DNA from: Andalucia godoyi And28
Lineage: Eukaryota > Protista > Jakobida
NCBI GenBank assembly: GCA_009859145.1
Contig: VRVR01000003.1
Coordinates: 133,315-197,314 of the forward strand
DNA length: 64,000 bases
Reading direction: 5' to 3'
Part shown: piece by piece, positions 42,946 through 54,871 of the stretch
Position numbering within the stretch: the stretch's first letter is position 1
How the letters are laid out: every line of letters starts with the position of its first letter
Made by a program: the position numbers and the translations under genes
Notes under the pieces: generated by a model
What the model saw: only the letters and a program-made list of their open reading frames with translations
What the model was told of the DNA's origin: nothing
The model's database searches: none

Positions 42946-44466
42946 ATGCTGAACGTATGGATCATTGTGAGCATGTGCATTGTTGCACTTCTCATCTTGA
43001 TTGCTTCGATTTACTTCTTGGTTTATTTTTCATCTCCAGACGACCACAATCAAGCGTGGATCCCAAAGATTGTCGTTGTCCTCGGTCTTTGTTTCTCGTG
43101 TTTTGTTGTTCTGTTACTACCGGCATCCGTTGCCAACCAGCAGTCGGATGGTGGACTGGATCTGGAGATTCTTTGGCAATTTGTCTTGATGTCTCTCGCT
43201 GCGCTTTGCTTTGTCGTTATTCCATTTTGCATCTTCTACTATGAGGAGCAGGAGCCGGAGGGCGGGTGTGGAAAGCAGCTTGCTGGTGCAGTCATGTACA
43301 CGTTTGCGATGCTTATCATCGTCGTCTTGTTCACTGTTCTCATGTATTTGTTTCTCGGGTTCACCGAGATTCCCTATACATCGTATTCAACTGCGATCAC
43401 GGACACTCTTTCCAGCAGTTGTGTTCCGGGAGCTGGAAAGGGCGGCTGTGGCGGTACGAGTTCAACGCTCGAGATCCGCGTTTCCATCGTTGTGTACATC
43501 ATTGCAGTGATGGCGTTCATCGGGTATTTCTTGCTGACGCTCTTTGGAGGAATCGGGCTCGTCGCTCTTCCAATGGACATGATCAACGCGTATCTCAAGC
43601 GACCACAGAAACTCGAGCCTGCTGAACGTGCACGCATCAAGGTTGATCTTCAACAGCGAGCAACAAAGCTCATTGCGTCCGGCAAGGAGCTTGAGGCGCG
43701 CAAGAGATCGAAAGGGGGTATCTTTGACAGGAAGGGCCGCGCAACGTATCTCAAGTACAAGAGAGCCGTGTACTTTTTGGAGCGCGACTTTGAGCGCCTG
43801 CGTTTAATTGAGAAGGAGGCAGGCGGATCGCCCTGGAGATGGTGGTTGTGTTTGTTTGTCGGACTTGTTGGCATCTGCTTGTCTATCTGCTGGCTGTTGC
43901 AGATCCTTTTCTGGATGTTCCTTAACCCGCCCTTTTCTCCGTTCCTCAATCTCATGTTCATCGACTTGGACAAGGCAACGTCGTTCTTCGGTACTGTTTT
44001 CTACGGTATCTTTGTGTTCTATTTGCTATGGGCCATCATCAAGGGTTGCGTGAAGTTTGGTCTTCGTATTCTGTGCTTTGCAATCCACCCGATGACTATT
44101 GGGAACACCCTGATGAACTCGTTCTTGTTCAACGTATCCATGATTTGTTTTTCGTCGGTTGCCGTTGTCACATTCTCTGCGCAAGCATTTAGCGTCTATG
44201 CACGCTTCTCGGAAGGTGGAGTTTTGTTTGGAGTATACATCAGGTACCTTAAGGTTCTGACGTATTTCTGGCAGTACTATCTGTACTTCTTCTGGGCCAT
44301 TGCCGGTCTTTCGTTCATCTACCTGATTTTGTGCCCCAAGAAGCGCAAGCAGGAAGACGTGGATGTTGAGCTTATTGCGCTCCAGGGTGGAATTGGGCTC
44401 GACAAGGAGGAGAGGGATAGAAAGAGGAAAGAACGCGCCAAGAATGCAAAGTCCGCAAAGGCTTAA
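42946..44466 (+). CDS. LMBR1/LIMR family multi-pass membrane protein
   Basis: PDDHNQAWIPKIVV, IPFCIFYYE, FGGIGLVALPMD and IHPMTIGNTLMNSFLFNV motifs; about 9 TM segments. Confidence 0.92.
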   Translation: MLNVWIIVSMCIVALLILIASIYFLVYFSSPDDHNQAWIPKIVVVLGLCFSCFVVLLLPASVANQQSDGGLDLEILWQFVLMSLAALCFVVIPFCIFYYEEQEPEGGCGKQLAGAVMYTFAMLIIVVLFTVLMYLFLGFTEIPYTSYSTAITDTLSSSCVPGAGKGGCGGTSSTLEIRVSIVVYIIAVMAFIGYFLLTLFGGIGLVALPMDMINAYLKRPQKLEPAERARIKVDLQQRATKLIASGKELEARKRSKGGIFDRKGRATYLKYKRAVYFLERDFERLRLIEKEAGGSPWRWWLCLFVGLVGICLSICWLLQILFWMFLNPPFSPFLNLMFIDLDKATSFFGTVFYGIFVFYLLWAIIKGCVKFGLRILCFAIHPMTIGNTLMNSFLFNVSMICFSSVAVVTFSAQAFSVYARFSEGGVLFGVYIRYLKVLTYFWQYYLYFFWAIAGLSFIYLILCPKKRKQEDVDVELIALQGGIGLDKEERDRKRKERAKNAKSAKA

Positions 44467-44811
44467 AAAAACGGGGCCTTGGCGTTGTTTTCGCCGCTTT
44501 CTGTATTTGTTGACGACGAGAATGATGATGGCATGTCTTTTTGTACCTTTTCTCAAATGAAATTGGAAACTGCCTTTTTTTTCCCCCCTTCTTTTTGTTT
44601 TTGTTTTATGTCGTCGTTGTTGTTGTTGTGTGTGTGTAAAAACGATCGATACAACAACAGGAGGAGGAGGAAGAAGAAGGGAATGGAATCCACGTCTGAC
44701 GGATGCTTCAGTGCGGAATACAGTTTAAATAAGAAAAAGGGGAAAAACAACACCAAGAAAAGCGACGCATGCATGCCTCCTGTTAGATAGAACGGCGACT
44801 CGAAAAGAGAT

Positions 44812-45450
<639 letters not shown>

Positions 45451-46178
45451 CTACTTTTTCTTTCTTTTTCTTTTTCAAAATCTTCGCTGAAGATGCGATG
45501 CGGTGGTTGCTGTTTGTGAAGAAGATCCGAGAGAAATAAGAATAATCAGAAAACAATGAACCACGTCAATCCGCTTACTGAATGATGATATCCTGAAAAG
45601 AAGAAAGAAAATTTCAGATTTAAAAATTAAATGTATGTATACATACATATATATATATATAAAAGAGAGGAGAGAAGAAAGAAGAAGACAAGAAACTAAA
45701 AAGAAAAGTGTACCATCGATCTATGTGAGGAACTCGGAGAAAGCATTCGTGGCTTGGAAATGGAAGTTGGAGAGACAGGAAGCTTTCGGGGGTCTTTTAA
45801 GGGTGAGACTCAAATCGCAAAAAAGAGAAAAGCCCCCTTTGCCTTTGCCTTTGCCTTTGCCTTTTACTTTTGTTTTCTGTCCAAACATCCTTCCCAAGTC
45901 CACCCACTCTCTCGACTGTAGTTTCGGGGAGATGTCATCGCAGCTGTCATGGCTGTCATGGTCCTCATAGGTTTCTCCAATTCTGGAACAAAGCCGCAGC
46001 CTCTTTTTGTTTTGCGGGAAGCAAAAAGCATCCATTATTCTCCAGCGTCGTTTTTCATTGGAAGAAGGGCAGAGAAGGTTTTTCATTGGTTGTGTTGCTG
46101 TGTTGCTGTGTTGCTGTATTGCTGTGTTGCATTCCTCCTTCGTACTGCAAACGTTTCCGCCCCACCCTTTTGAGAGAG

Positions 46179-48050
46179 ATGAGCGCAAATTATCTGCCGA
46201 ACCTTTCAAAAGCATGCATTAATCTGGTGGCGTTGCGAGACACGGCACGATCGGATCTCATTACTGTGCTAGACTCGGTTCGAGGAGGGAAAGTGCTTGT
46301 TCTTGACCCGCAGCTGATCGGCACGCTTTCATTGGTTGCAGAAGCCTCGCTTCTCAAAGAACATGGAGTGGAAAAGATCATGCTGCTTAGCGCGTCGCAC
46401 ATTGAAGGAGTGGAAGCAAACAAGAATGTTGTGTACATCGTCCGTGCTGCAATTCCGAACATGCGATCAATAGCGACCCAGATTCACTTGACAGAGGCCT
46501 CTGTCTCCCTTAAGTACCACGTCTTTTTGATTCCACGACGTTCCCTTATTTGCGAACGAGTGCTGGAGGATCTCGGTGTTCTGGACTCTATTCAACAAAT
46601 TGGAGAAATGCAACTCGATTTGATTGCTTTCGACGACGATGTGTTGTCCATGGAGATGGAATCTGGATTCCGAGATATGGCTCTGGACGGCGACAAGACG
46701 ACTCTGTATTACGTTACTCGATCCATCATGAAGTTGCAGGCTGTGTTCGGTGTCATTCCCACCGTCATGGGAAAGGGCTCGCAAGCAAAGTTTGTGTCCG
46801 AGATGATGAAGCGCATGCACAAGGAACTGGAAATCGACTCTTTGAATGTGAATCCAGAGATTGACGGAATTTTCCTAATTGACCGTGATGTGGATCTGTT
46901 CACACCGATGCTCACACAGCTGACATATGAAGGCCTGGTTGATGAGATCTTTGGAATCAAGAACGGATTCGTCGAAGTCGAGCTGGAGGTGAAAGAGCAG
47001 CCCAAGGACAAGCAAGCTCAGCCGGCAGCAGCGTCCGCCTCCACGGATACACCAGCGGAGCAAACCAGATCTCTGCTGCAAAAGACAAAGGTCCCGCTGA
47101 ACAATTCAAACTCATTGTATTCTGAAATTCGAGATTTAAGTTTCACGCAAGTGGGACCGACGCTCAACAAGAAGGCCGTGTACATCGACGAGAATTACAA
47201 GGAGAGGCACCAGGCAAAAACAGTTTCGGAGATCAGAGAGTTTATGAAGAAGTTGCCGAATTTGCAAGAAGAGCATCGGGCCCTTGGAATTCACATTAAC
47301 ATTGCGGAGAAAATCTCGAAGATCGTTCGAGATTCCTCATTCCGCCGCCACATCGAAGCAGAACAGTCGATTATCGCAGGCGAATCGGAAAAGGAGAATC
47401 TTGAATACATTGAAGAGATTATCAATCGACAGGAGCCTCTCGGAAAGGTACTGCGGCTACTCTGTCTGTTCTCGATTGTGAACAATGGATTGAAGCAGAA
47501 GCAGTATGAACTGTTCAGAAGGGAAATCATGCAAACCTACGGATTCGAGACTATTCTCACGCTTCACAATCTGGAAAAGAGCGGGCTGCTGAAGCGGTCC
47601 GAGAGCAAACCGTATTTTGGAGCGCTTCGAAAGTCCATGCGGCTTGTAGATGACAAGGAGGACTCGGGTGATATTTCTTATACGTTCGCTGGGTACGCAC
47701 CACTGTCTATTCGTATCATTCAGTCTGCGTTGAGAGGGCAGCTGGGAGCTCTCGAGGAAACGTTGAAAGTCCTCCCGGGACCCCAATTCGCTTTTCAGCA
47801 GGATCTTCCCGCTGGTGTGCGGCCGGTTTCGCAAATGCCAGATTTGTCGGGGACTATGCAGTCGAGGAAGAAGGTGTTGTTGGTCTATTTCATTGGAGGT
47901 GTGTCGTTCGCGGAAATTGCCGCGCTTCGGTTGATTGCTCGTCAGGATGATTCCAGTTACGACATTATTGTTGCGTCGACAAAGCTCATCAATGGATCTT
48001 CTCTTTTGGAATCTGTGTATGAAAGGGTCGGTCTTCTTGCGGGGCAGTAA
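46179..48050 (+). CDS. VPS33: Sec1/Munc18 family VPS33 (HOPS/CORVET)
   Basis: LKEHGVEK, IDRDVDLFTPMLTQLTYEGLVDEIFGI, YTFAGYAPLSIR, VYFIGGVSFAEIAALR. Confidence 0.95.
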   Translation: MSANYLPNLSKACINLVALRDTARSDLITVLDSVRGGKVLVLDPQLIGTLSLVAEASLLKEHGVEKIMLLSASHIEGVEANKNVVYIVRAAIPNMRSIATQIHLTEASVSLKYHVFLIPRRSLICERVLEDLGVLDSIQQIGEMQLDLIAFDDDVLSMEMESGFRDMALDGDKTTLYYVTRSIMKLQAVFGVIPTVMGKGSQAKFVSEMMKRMHKELEIDSLNVNPEIDGIFLIDRDVDLFTPMLTQLTYEGLVDEIFGIKNGFVEVELEVKEQPKDKQAQPAAASASTDTPAEQTRSLLQKTKVPLNNSNSLYSEIRDLSFTQVGPTLNKKAVYIDENYKERHQAKTVSEIREFMKKLPNLQEEHRALGIHINIAEKISKIVRDSSFRRHIEAEQSIIAGESEKENLEYIEEIINRQEPLGKVLRLLCLFSIVNNGLKQKQYELFRREIMQTYGFETILTLHNLEKSGLLKRSESKPYFGALRKSMRLVDDKEDSGDISYTFAGYAPLSIRIIQSALRGQLGALEETLKVLPGPQFAFQQDLPAGVRPVSQMPDLSGTMQSRKKVLLVYFIGGVSFAEIAALRLIARQDDSSYDIIVASTKLINGSSLLESVYERVGLLAGQ

Positions 48051-48353
48051 TGCACAGTGTTGTTTGATTCTTTTGATTCATGGTTTCCTTTCTTTCTTCC
48101 CCGCTTTTGCACCTCCTCCTCCTCCTCCTCTTCTTCTTATTCTTCGGCGATGCTCGACGTGTCAAGTAAATCTGAAAACCGGACTTTTCGCATTTTATTT
48201 CCAGCATGCATATTGAACTATCGAAGAAATCTTCCTCCAAGCATGGATGTGGACGTCATCGTCATCCCCATCGCCATCCCCATCGCGATCACCATCGCGA
48301 CCAAGCAAAAGCTTGGGTGCAGGGGGCACACCAATTGTGTTTCTCCTTGGAAA

Positions 48354-48788
48354 CTAATCTACATGGGCTTCATTTTCAATCTTGGCCTTTAGTTGTGCAG
48401 AGACGAGAATGCAAAAGAATTCGAGACAGAACTGGAGAAATACCACCACTGACGAATACAACAGCGACTGGTATTCTCCGGTGGGACATGCGAGCGGCAA
48501 GTCCGAGAACAAGTCCTTTGGGCCATTGCAGGTGCATTTGAGCCTTTCCGTGATCCAGAAAAGCGCGCCTTGCAAGATCAGGAAAAACGAAGTGGCGTAC
48601 ACATGCATCTTCAGCAGAGTTCTGTTGAGAAATGCAGCGCCCAGGACGAAAAACGGAAGCACGAGCAGCACAAGGGCAGAAGACGCATGCGATGTCAGAG
48701 ACCCAAAGAACGACAGGCCGCAAGTTAGCAGCATCACAAGAGAGAGCACATAGGTTATCCTTCGCAAGTAGCGAAAAACAGCAAGCAT
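48354..48788 (-). CDS. Hypothetical four-TM membrane protein (5' end uncertain, possible upstream exon ~48850-49080)
   Basis: Four hydrophobic segments with a Cys-containing loop (tetraspanin-like layout); family not recognised. Confidence 0.5.
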   Translation of the reverse strand: MLAVFRYLRRITYVLSLVMLLTCGLSFFGSLTSHASSALVLLVLPFFVLGAAFLNRTLLKMHVYATSFFLILQGALFWITERLKCTCNGPKDLFSDLPLACPTGEYQSLLYSSVVVFLQFCLEFFCILVSAQLKAKIENEAHVD

Positions 48789-49492
48789 TTTTCCTTCTTC
48801 TCTTTTTTTTTCTCTCTCTCTTTCTTTGGTGGAGGAGGCTATTGTGAAAAGACCGAAATGGGTTTATGGGTTTGAGGAATGTCCTTCTTGTTTGTTGCGG
48901 ATCGGAAGCGCACACGGGGGAGTGGTGGTGGTAGTGGGTCGTACTTTTGCTATCGGAATCGTCGATCTCGATATTGAGTTCGAATGGAACCTGTGCAACT
49001 TCCTGCGGGTCCCGCTGTGCTTGGTTGGTGTCGGGGATTTGAGAGATTGTCCGCTTCCCGCTGGGCTTTCCTTTCCTGGTCTTCAACTTCGAGAGTCAGG
49101 GACGAATCATTATGGGGGAGGGGGGGGGAATGGTATAAAAATGCCGAAGTCTCAAGTCCCCCCTCAAAGTCGACACAGCATCAACTCCCCAAAAATGATG
49201 CCTGCGGATGACGTCAGCGCGTATTTTAAGCGACATCTTTTCTCAATTGCGTCATTCTGGGGGCCACGTATTTTGTGACGTAATGAGGAAAAAAAAAAAT
49301 CGCACTTGAAGTCATCCCAAACCTCTCCAAAAAGGACACGAAATCGCTTTTATTGAAAGTTTTTTCTTCTCGTTTCACCTTTTCTTTTCTTTTCTTTTTT
49401 TTTTCTTTTCGTTTTCTTTCCTCGTTTTGTTTCTTTCGTTTTATTTTTTCCCAAAATCAAATTGTTATTTCACTGTTAGTATTGCTATAGAC

Positions 49493-51454
49493 ATGTCTTT
49501 CGCTGAAGCCGTTGGTATTGATCTGGGAACTACCTACTCCTGCGTTGGAGTTTGGCAAGTTGACCACGTGGAGATTATCGCAAACGACCAGGGTAACCGC
49601 ACGACTCCTTCGTATGTTGCCTTCACCGATTCCGAGCGTCTGGTTGGAGATGCCGCAAAGAACCAGGTTGCGATGAACCCGCGCAACACTGTGTTTGATG
49701 CAAAGCGTTTGATCGGCCGCAAGTTCACTGATGGCGATGTGCAGCGTGATATGAAGCACTGGCCGTTCGAGGTGTTTGCACGCCCGGGTGACAAGCCGTA
49801 TATCCGTGTTCAGTTCAAGGGCGAGACCAAGGAGTTTGCCCCCGAAGAGATTTCCGCCATGGTTCTCGGAAAGATGAAGGAGATTTCCGAGTCGTTCCTG
49901 GGCCGTGAGGTCAAGAAGGCCGTCGTCACTGTCCCTGCCTATTTCAATGATTCGCAGCGCCAGGCAACCAAGGATGCTGGTACCATTTCCGGACTTGATG
50001 TTCTCCGTATCATCAACGAGCCGACTGCAGCCGCCATTGCTTATGGTTTGGACAAGAAGTACAAGGGTGAGCGCAACATCCTCATCTTCGATCTTGGTGG
50101 TGGAACTTTCGATGTTTCCCTTCTGACCATCGAAGAAGGAGTTTTCGAGGTGAAGGCAACTGCCGGAGACACCCATTTGGGAGGCGAGGACTTCGATAAC
50201 CGCATGGTGACATACTTTGTCGAGGAGTTCAAGCGCAAGCACAAGAAGGACATCACCTCGAGCGCACGCGCCCTCCGCCGCCTGCGCACCGCCTGCGAGC
50301 GTGCAAAGCGCACCCTTTCGTCGTCCACGCAGACGTCGATTGAAATCGACTCTCTCTTCGAGTCTGTTGATTTGTACACCACCTTGACTCGTGCCAAGTT
50401 CGAGGAACTCAACATTGATCTCTTCCGCAAGTGCCTTGACCCCGTCGAGCGTGTCCTCAAGGATTCCAAGATGGACAAGTCGCAGATCCACGACATTGTG
50501 TTGGTTGGAGGATCGACTCGTATCCCCAAGGTCCAGCAGCTCCTCCAGGAGTTCTTCAACGGAAAGGAGTTGAACAAGTCAATCAACCCCGACGAAGCCG
50601 TTGCCTATGGTGCCGCCGTCCAGGCCGCCATCTTGACTGGTGACCAGTCCGAGAAGACAAAGGAGCTCTTGCTGCTTGATGTTGCCGCCCTTTCCATGGG
50701 TATCGAGACCGCCGGAGGTGTCATGACCAAGATCATTGAGCGTAACACGACCATCCCGTCCCGCAAGTCGCAGATCTTCACGACGTACTCCGACAACCAG
50801 TCTGCAGTTACCATCCAGGTCTACGAAGGTGAGCGTGCCATGACTCGCGACAACCACCTTTTGGGACGCTTCGACCTCACTGGTATCCCCCCTGCTCCCC
50901 GCGGAGTTCCTCAGATCGAGGTTACCTTTGACATTGATGCAAACGGTATCCTGAATGTTACTGCAGTCGAGAAGGGAACCGGAAAGTCCGAGAAGATCAC
51001 CATCACCAACGAGAAGGGTCGTTTGTCCAAGGACGACATCGAGCGTATGGTTCGTGAGGCCGAGACCTTCAAGGATGCCGACAAGGAGGTTGCTGAGCGT
51101 GTTGCAGCCCGCAACGAGTTCGAGTCGCTTTCCTACAACGCCAAGCAGACCATCGAGGGAGACGCCGGAAAGAAGCTTTCTTCGGACGACAAGAAGACCG
51201 CAGAGGACGCCATCCGTGCAGCCACCACTTGGCTCGAGAACAACCGTGAGGCCCCGAAGGATGAGGTCGATGCCCGCCGCAAGGAGTTCGAATCCGTCAT
51301 CAACCCGATCTTCACCAAGCTCTACCAGGACGGAGGAGCTGCCCCGAACATGGGAGGCATGGGCGGTATGGGAGGTATGGGCGGTGCTCCGGATGCCGGT
51401 GCGTCGTCGGGATCTTCCAAGAAGGGAGGAGTAGTGGTCGAGGAGGTCGACTAA
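49493..51454 (+). CDS. HSP70: Cytosolic Hsp70
   Basis: [41 protein letters not shown] repeats, C-terminal EEVD; strong codon bias. Confidence 0.99.
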   Translation: MSFAEAVGIDLGTTYSCVGVWQVDHVEIIANDQGNRTTPSYVAFTDSERLVGDAAKNQVAMNPRNTVFDAKRLIGRKFTDGDVQRDMKHWPFEVFARPGDKPYIRVQFKGETKEFAPEEISAMVLGKMKEISESFLGREVKKAVVTVPAYFNDSQRQATKDAGTISGLDVLRIINEPTAAAIAYGLDKKYKGERNILIFDLGGGTFDVSLLTIEEGVFEVKATAGDTHLGGEDFDNRMVTYFVEEFKRKHKKDITSSARALRRLRTACERAKRTLSSSTQTSIEIDSLFESVDLYTTLTRAKFEELNIDLFRKCLDPVERVLKDSKMDKSQIHDIVLVGGSTRIPKVQQLLQEFFNGKELNKSINPDEAVAYGAAVQAAILTGDQSEKTKELLLLDVAALSMGIETAGGVMTKIIERNTTIPSRKSQIFTTYSDNQSAVTIQVYEGERAMTRDNHLLGRFDLTGIPPAPRGVPQIEVTFDIDANGILNVTAVEKGTGKSEKITITNEKGRLSKDDIERMVREAETFKDADKEVAERVAARNEFESLSYNAKQTIEGDAGKKLSSDDKKTAEDAIRAATTWLENNREAPKDEVDARRKEFESVINPIFTKLYQDGGAAPNMGGMGGMGGMGGAPDAGASSGSSKKGGVVVEEVD

Positions 51455-51741
51455 GTCGCATAGTCCGTAAATAAATTTTAAGAAAATACTAATAAATGGA
51501 AGGTTACAAGTTGGACACGCTCATTCGCATTTGCGTTTCGCACACAAGTCACACACCCCCACACACAAACAAGATTCAGAATGTCGGGCCCGAATGTTCC
51601 CTCCCCGAATTACACGCAGTTCAGCAGCGTAAACCGCTTGGTATTTTGCTTGCTTGCTTGTTTGTTTACTGGGCATTTTCAAGGCAAAAAAGTCGCCAAA
51701 AAAGTAGGTGGTTGTCATAGCAGTGGTACTGTGGCTGCCGA

Positions 51742-52632
51742 ATGAGCGAATACCCAGTTATCGATCTGCGATCGGCAGAGCGATTTTCTGCAGCGCACAT
51801 CAAGGGATCGTTTTCTTTTCCGTCGACGATGATTGCATCCATCTCACACGAACTTCCTCCCCGAGGCGCAAGACTGGTGCTTGCATACGATGATCCAGCC
51901 CAGTGTGCGCTCTTCCGAACTCATTTCAAAGACTTTTATTCTGTTCAGCAAGAAGTTTTCCTTGGTCATCACGACGTTCACGACGCGCTGTCGTCATCTG
52001 CTGCACCTTCTGACCCATCCCCGCCGACACCCACATTGTCTAGTCAATTCCGGCATGCCCAATTGGAAAGTGGTCCTTTTGATCTGAAGACGATGCATCT
52101 CTGGAAGCCTTCGCTTGTTGTCTCATCGTTTCTGTCGCAAACATCGGATGTGCACTCCGTACTGGACCTTGGGTGCGGTCTTGGTCGGAATGCAGTGTTT
52201 GCTGCTCTGCACGGTGTGGACCGTGTTGTTGGCATTGACAACCGCAAGGAGCTTGTGGACAAGATGCGTGCCTTTGCACTGCGGTATGGAGTAGGCGACG
52301 CGGTTTCCGGAATTACGGGCGACGTCTGCAAAATGGACTCATTGTACGCTCAGGAGCCTTTTGATGCGGTGTTCTGCATCCGGTTTCTTCCGCGAGCATT
52401 TCTGAAGTCCGGATGTTTGTTGCAGAAGCTCACGATGCCAGGCTCATATTTTGTCCTTGAGCATTTCCATGTGTCTTGCGGCCATCCGTCAAAGCCAGAG
52501 CAAAAGATCAGCAACGGAGAAACAATTGATCTGATTGGCGGTCCCGCACACTGGCAGCTTATGTCGGAAACCGAGAGCCAGATTGAAGACGGCCGAGTGG
52601 TCTTGCATGTAGTGTGCAAGAGAATTGCATAG
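51742..52632 (+). CDS. Rhodanese-like domain fused to a class I SAM methyltransferase (TehB-like)
   Basis: VIDLRSAERFSAAHIKGS (rhodanese); VLDLGCGLGRNAVFAA, GIDN, FLPR and PG motifs (methyltransferase). Confidence 0.85.
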   Translation: MSEYPVIDLRSAERFSAAHIKGSFSFPSTMIASISHELPPRGARLVLAYDDPAQCALFRTHFKDFYSVQQEVFLGHHDVHDALSSSAAPSDPSPPTPTLSSQFRHAQLESGPFDLKTMHLWKPSLVVSSFLSQTSDVHSVLDLGCGLGRNAVFAALHGVDRVVGIDNRKELVDKMRAFALRYGVGDAVSGITGDVCKMDSLYAQEPFDAVFCIRFLPRAFLKSGCLLQKLTMPGSYFVLEHFHVSCGHPSKPEQKISNGETIDLIGGPAHWQLMSETESQIEDGRVVLHVVCKRIA

Positions 52633-52882
52633 CCACTCCCTCTCTCGCTGTCTCCAACTCCCAACTCCATCTTCAGCCACCCACCCCGATGCAACAGGCC
52701 AACATTCACCTGCAAAAGCCATCATGGCCAATGATTCCTCTTTCTTTTTCCTGCCGCCACTCGTTTTCGATGAGCAAGGGGGGAATGCATATTTTTCTTT
52801 TTTCTTTTTTCTATTTACAACAAAAAAAAAAAAAAAACGTATTCTCAACCATGCTTACTACCTTCCTACTCCTGCGGCCGTC

Positions 52883-53385
52883 TTAGTTGTCTTCAAGCTT
52901 GTTCAGAAACTCTTCGGCTTCTTCAACCTGCGCTTTTGCAGCGACATACTCCTCACTAGCCAAGACAGCTTCTTCGGTTTGCAGAATCTGGTCCACAAAG
53001 ACCCGGAGCTGGTCAACAGAAACTCCAAGACGCTTCTTTGAATCCGCAATCATTCCCATAGTCTCGGAAATCACATTCTCCTGCTGCTTCCAATCATGCT
53101 CGTTTTTATCGGGATTCGACTTCAACGACGCAAGTCGCTCTCGCTCACGCACCTCCTCCTTTATGTATCCCCCAACTTCCTTTAGTGCTCTGCATCCCCT
53201 CCTCCTCAAAATCGATCCATTCTCAACCCGTGGGCATTAGACACAACAACAACAAAAAACAAAAACAAAAACAAAAAAAACAAAAACACACGACAAACGA
53301 GTGTCTTTCAAAGAACAAATGTTGCATACCGCTTCACAATTCCTGTTTTCAGCTTGAGATTCTTAATGCGCTGCTCCTCAGACAT
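52883..53385 (-). CDS. TBCA: Tubulin-folding cofactor A, two exons (53330-53385, 52883-53189)
   Basis: Spliced MSEEQRIKNLKLKTGIVKR|ALKEVGGYIKE...HDWKQQENVISETMGMIADSKKRL. GTATGC...GATGCAG intron; 363 nt in frame. Confidence 0.92.
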
Positions 53386-53720
53386 GTCTGCTATAATAAT
53401 AATAATAATAATAATAAATCCTTCACGTTTCGTTTTATATAGAGTGAGGCGGGTGAAAGAAAGAAAGAAATCACAACAGCCAAGGGCGCAAGGGAAGCAT
53501 TTGGACTTTTTGGAAGTGAAGGAAACGGGGGGGAAACCTCGAGTCTTCCCTTTCCGAGAACGGTCGTACACCTGTGTGAGATTTTCCTTGGCGGAAACGG
53601 AAACGCCATCACTTTCTTGATGGTTCTCTTGCTTGTTGTTGCCCTCTCGTGGTTTTCAAAACACCCGTGTGTCTCTCAGTGCGTGAGCTTGTCAGCTGGT
53701 GATTCTGTCCGAGGGAAAGG

Positions 53721-54842
53721 ATGTCGAGGTATTCTCAGATTCAAGCAGAGTTGCTTGCGAGGTTCGTCAAGGAAAAGAGAGAGAAGACGTCGTTTTCAGA
53801 AGGAGCATTGGTGATCATTTGTCCAGCGCCAGTAAACTGCACAAACAGTACGCTTTTGAATGCCTTTGTTCCCCACGGTGCTCTACAAGCTCGGATCTGC
53901 CCCGAATATGGAATTGCAGGTGTGTTGTTCCCAAGTACGGATGCATTGCGGATGTGTTTGATGGAGTATCGACCGATTCAAATTAAAGACCATGTTATCC
54001 ACGCAAATGAGATTTGGGAGCCGGAATCGTTCGATCGGGTCTGGTTTCGAAGAATGCGAATTCCTGCGATTCAATATGCCCCAAAGGACGGGAGCGTTGT
54101 TTCAATTATAGATTTCGAGGCTGCGCTCATGATTAAAAAAGGGTTTTCGATTCCGCTCGAAGCAGCAGTCGTGCAGATGAAGCTGTGGTCGACACAGTCA
54201 CAACCAGAGATTATGCGGTCTCTTCATTTTTTCATTGATCCAGGGTTCGTCCCGTCCGAGTTCCAGTCCCAGATCAACTTCACGAGAAACCACATTCATG
54301 GAATTCCAATGCCCGCGGAGCACTTTGCGAATGCGGCGGCAGGGTACGGAAAAGACGATGGATCAGAAGATCTTGTCTATCGTACAGATTACGCAACCAT
54401 GGCGTCCCAGATATTGCATTTCTTCGCGACCTCCGATGTGGTGATTGCAAAGGGGAGACACACGGAGGAGCGGTGTCTCGAGTGGATTGCAGATCGTGGG
54501 GGATTGGATCCCATGGCGTTCTCTCGGATTTTGGAGTACGATGTTCTGCTGAAACAGTGGAGCCGGGCTTCGCTGTCATCTCCCACAGAGGAAATGATAC
54601 AACAGAGCAAGGAGTTGGACAGCTCGTCCGACTTGGAGGACATGAACTCGTCTGCGTACGCTTCGAATAGCATGACCTGCGTGATCGAGGATGACGATTG
54701 CCACCTTGGATGCGATTACCATGCTTCGCTGGACGGATCATTTCATTGTGCGTTGAACGACGTCCGCATTTATTCCGAAATCATTGCTCGTCGATGGAAG
54801 AAGTGGAACGACGGTCTGCGATCTGCAGGTGATGGGTTGTGA
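53721..54842 (+). CDS. Maelstrom-like DEDDh nuclease-fold protein
   Basis: IIDFEA, IPLEAAVV, LHFFIDPG, HIHGIP and CDYH...HCALND resemble MAEL-domain motifs (PxE, FHxFINPG, HxIP, CxxH...CAL), with DEDDh-type acidic residues retained. Confidence 0.65.
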   Translation: MSRYSQIQAELLARFVKEKREKTSFSEGALVIICPAPVNCTNSTLLNAFVPHGALQARICPEYGIAGVLFPSTDALRMCLMEYRPIQIKDHVIHANEIWEPESFDRVWFRRMRIPAIQYAPKDGSVVSIIDFEAALMIKKGFSIPLEAAVVQMKLWSTQSQPEIMRSLHFFIDPGFVPSEFQSQINFTRNHIHGIPMPAEHFANAAAGYGKDDGSEDLVYRTDYATMASQILHFFATSDVVIAKGRHTEERCLEWIADRGGLDPMAFSRILEYDVLLKQWSRASLSSPTEEMIQQSKELDSSSDLEDMNSSAYASNSMTCVIEDDDCHLGCDYHASLDGSFHCALNDVRIYSEIIARRWKKWNDGLRSAGDGL

Positions 54843-54871
54843 CCCGCGGCTTTCGTGAACATTTCCCGACG

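Noticed and set aside
49457-50491. 344 aa antisense ORF (and others) opposite HSP70
   Set aside because: Well-known shadow ORF caused by the strong codon bias of HSP70; no independent features.
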